Assembly (NCBI RefSeq): GCF_030144855.1
Contig: NC_082731.1
Span: 11,532,001 to 11,596,000, forward strand
DNA from: Hypanus sabinus
Lineage: Eukaryota
Direction: 5' to 3'
Length of the DNA: 64,000 nucleotides
Shown here: positions 62,965 to 64,000 of the stretch, in pieces
Layout of the letters: each line of letters opens with the position of its first letter
How positions within the stretch are numbered: position 1 is the first letter of the stretch
The notes under the pieces: generated by a model
The model's database searches: none
What the model saw: only the letters and a program-made list of their open reading frames with translations
What the model was told of the DNA's origin: nothing
Translations under genes and position numbers: made by a program

Positions 62965-64000
62965 GGTGCTGTGGAAAATAAGTTAATGCAGCGACGCACA
63001 CACAATATCATACTCACTCCAGTTACAGTTATAGAATATACTTTAAAGATTTTACTAGAACTAAAAGTTTACTAACAATACAATGTATATGAAGGAAAAT
63101 AAAATAAAATAAAAGGTGCCAAAACTTATCAGTGTTCAGTCAGTTTAGTGCACATTGTTGGAGCTCAACCATTGAACCACTCGACCCCTCGTAGCTTTCC
63201 GCCTACCTCCACGTCGTTGGTGGTCGACCGAGCAGTGCCCCACACGTCATCCTTCTTCGGCGTCCTCTTCCTGACTCCCTCAAAAGACCGCTAAACCACC
63301 GCCCCCCCCCCCACCCCCCAGAGCTCCCAGACCCACAAGACAAAATAACATTTCCCCATTGGTTAACAAATGAATACAATCCCGATATCAGCAAGTCTAA
63401 AGCTAAACGACTGCGAGAGAAAGCACTTATATTATAACAAATAAGCATTCCTACTCGTATCAAAACAAAGAATCAATTTTGATGAATATACGCCGTGCAT
63501 TGTACACTCGAGCAACCCCGCTTGGCACCAGCAATCATTCCACGGTGAAATTAATTTAGATGACTTTGGCCCTGATCTTGGCCCTGAGATTCATTGGGAT
63601 ATTGAGACTCAATAAGGGACAAGCTACAGGCAATGGAATCTGTTCTGAGTGAAATTACGGAAGCAATGAGGCAGGTAATCTCGTGCTGACAAACCCAGTC
63701 TCATCGGGAGGATTAACCCTAGCCACAACGGTTGAACAGCTCACCACAGACAATCGGAATCAGGTGTGTGCGATTTCCGCTCTCATGGCTGCCGTCCACG
63801 TGCTCACTGTGGACTTCCAGCGTCAGATGAAAGCCGTTAGCATTCTTGCAAATGCAATTCAGCAGCCTCTGCCCGCTCAGTCATCCCAACATCTTGCATG
63901 TCCTTTTCTGCTGCCCCGACAACCTTCGCTACTAAAGCTCCCGCTCCCGCTCCCGGACGGGAACCGACTCCTTTCGGACTCCACGGATTCCCGCGTCCTT
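62965..64000. mobile_element. Possible LTR-retrotransposon LTR and start of a gag-like region
   Basis: LTR-like composition from 62965 to about 63440, then decayed coding-like text (MESVLSEITEAMRQ.., QVCAISALMAAV..QPLP); no TSD or clear termini found. Confidence 0.35.

Overview
Cartilaginous-fish genomic DNA. The repeat families suggest a batoid such as a stingray or devil ray, which is inference only. The minus strand carries the 5' part of one IgNAR (heavy-chain-only antibody) cluster: octamer/TATA promoter (21055-21089), leader (20922-20964), V exon (20507-20793), J (20082-20122), C1 (11346-11663), C2 (9317-9619), C3 (7303-7620) and the start of C4 (1-246, cut by the window edge; C5/secretory/TM exons lie outside). 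All splice sites are GT-AG in phase 1 and the exons are open. The main anomaly is that the V exon runs 27 nt past the second Cys (C-NVDYGSLTC) and ends in a 12-spacer RSS facing the 23-spacer RSS of J 384 bp away, with no free D segments. This looks like a germline-prejoined VD(DD)-J cluster needing only one RAG rearrangement. Introns and the 43 kb upstream are dominated by nested retroelements: CR1, Penelope-like, Rex1/Babar, a twin-primed L1, a Nimb-like RNase H remnant, solo LTRs and a Tc1 fragment. There is one 174-nt assembly gap. No other host gene was recognised. TE boundaries are approximate unless a TSD is quoted.
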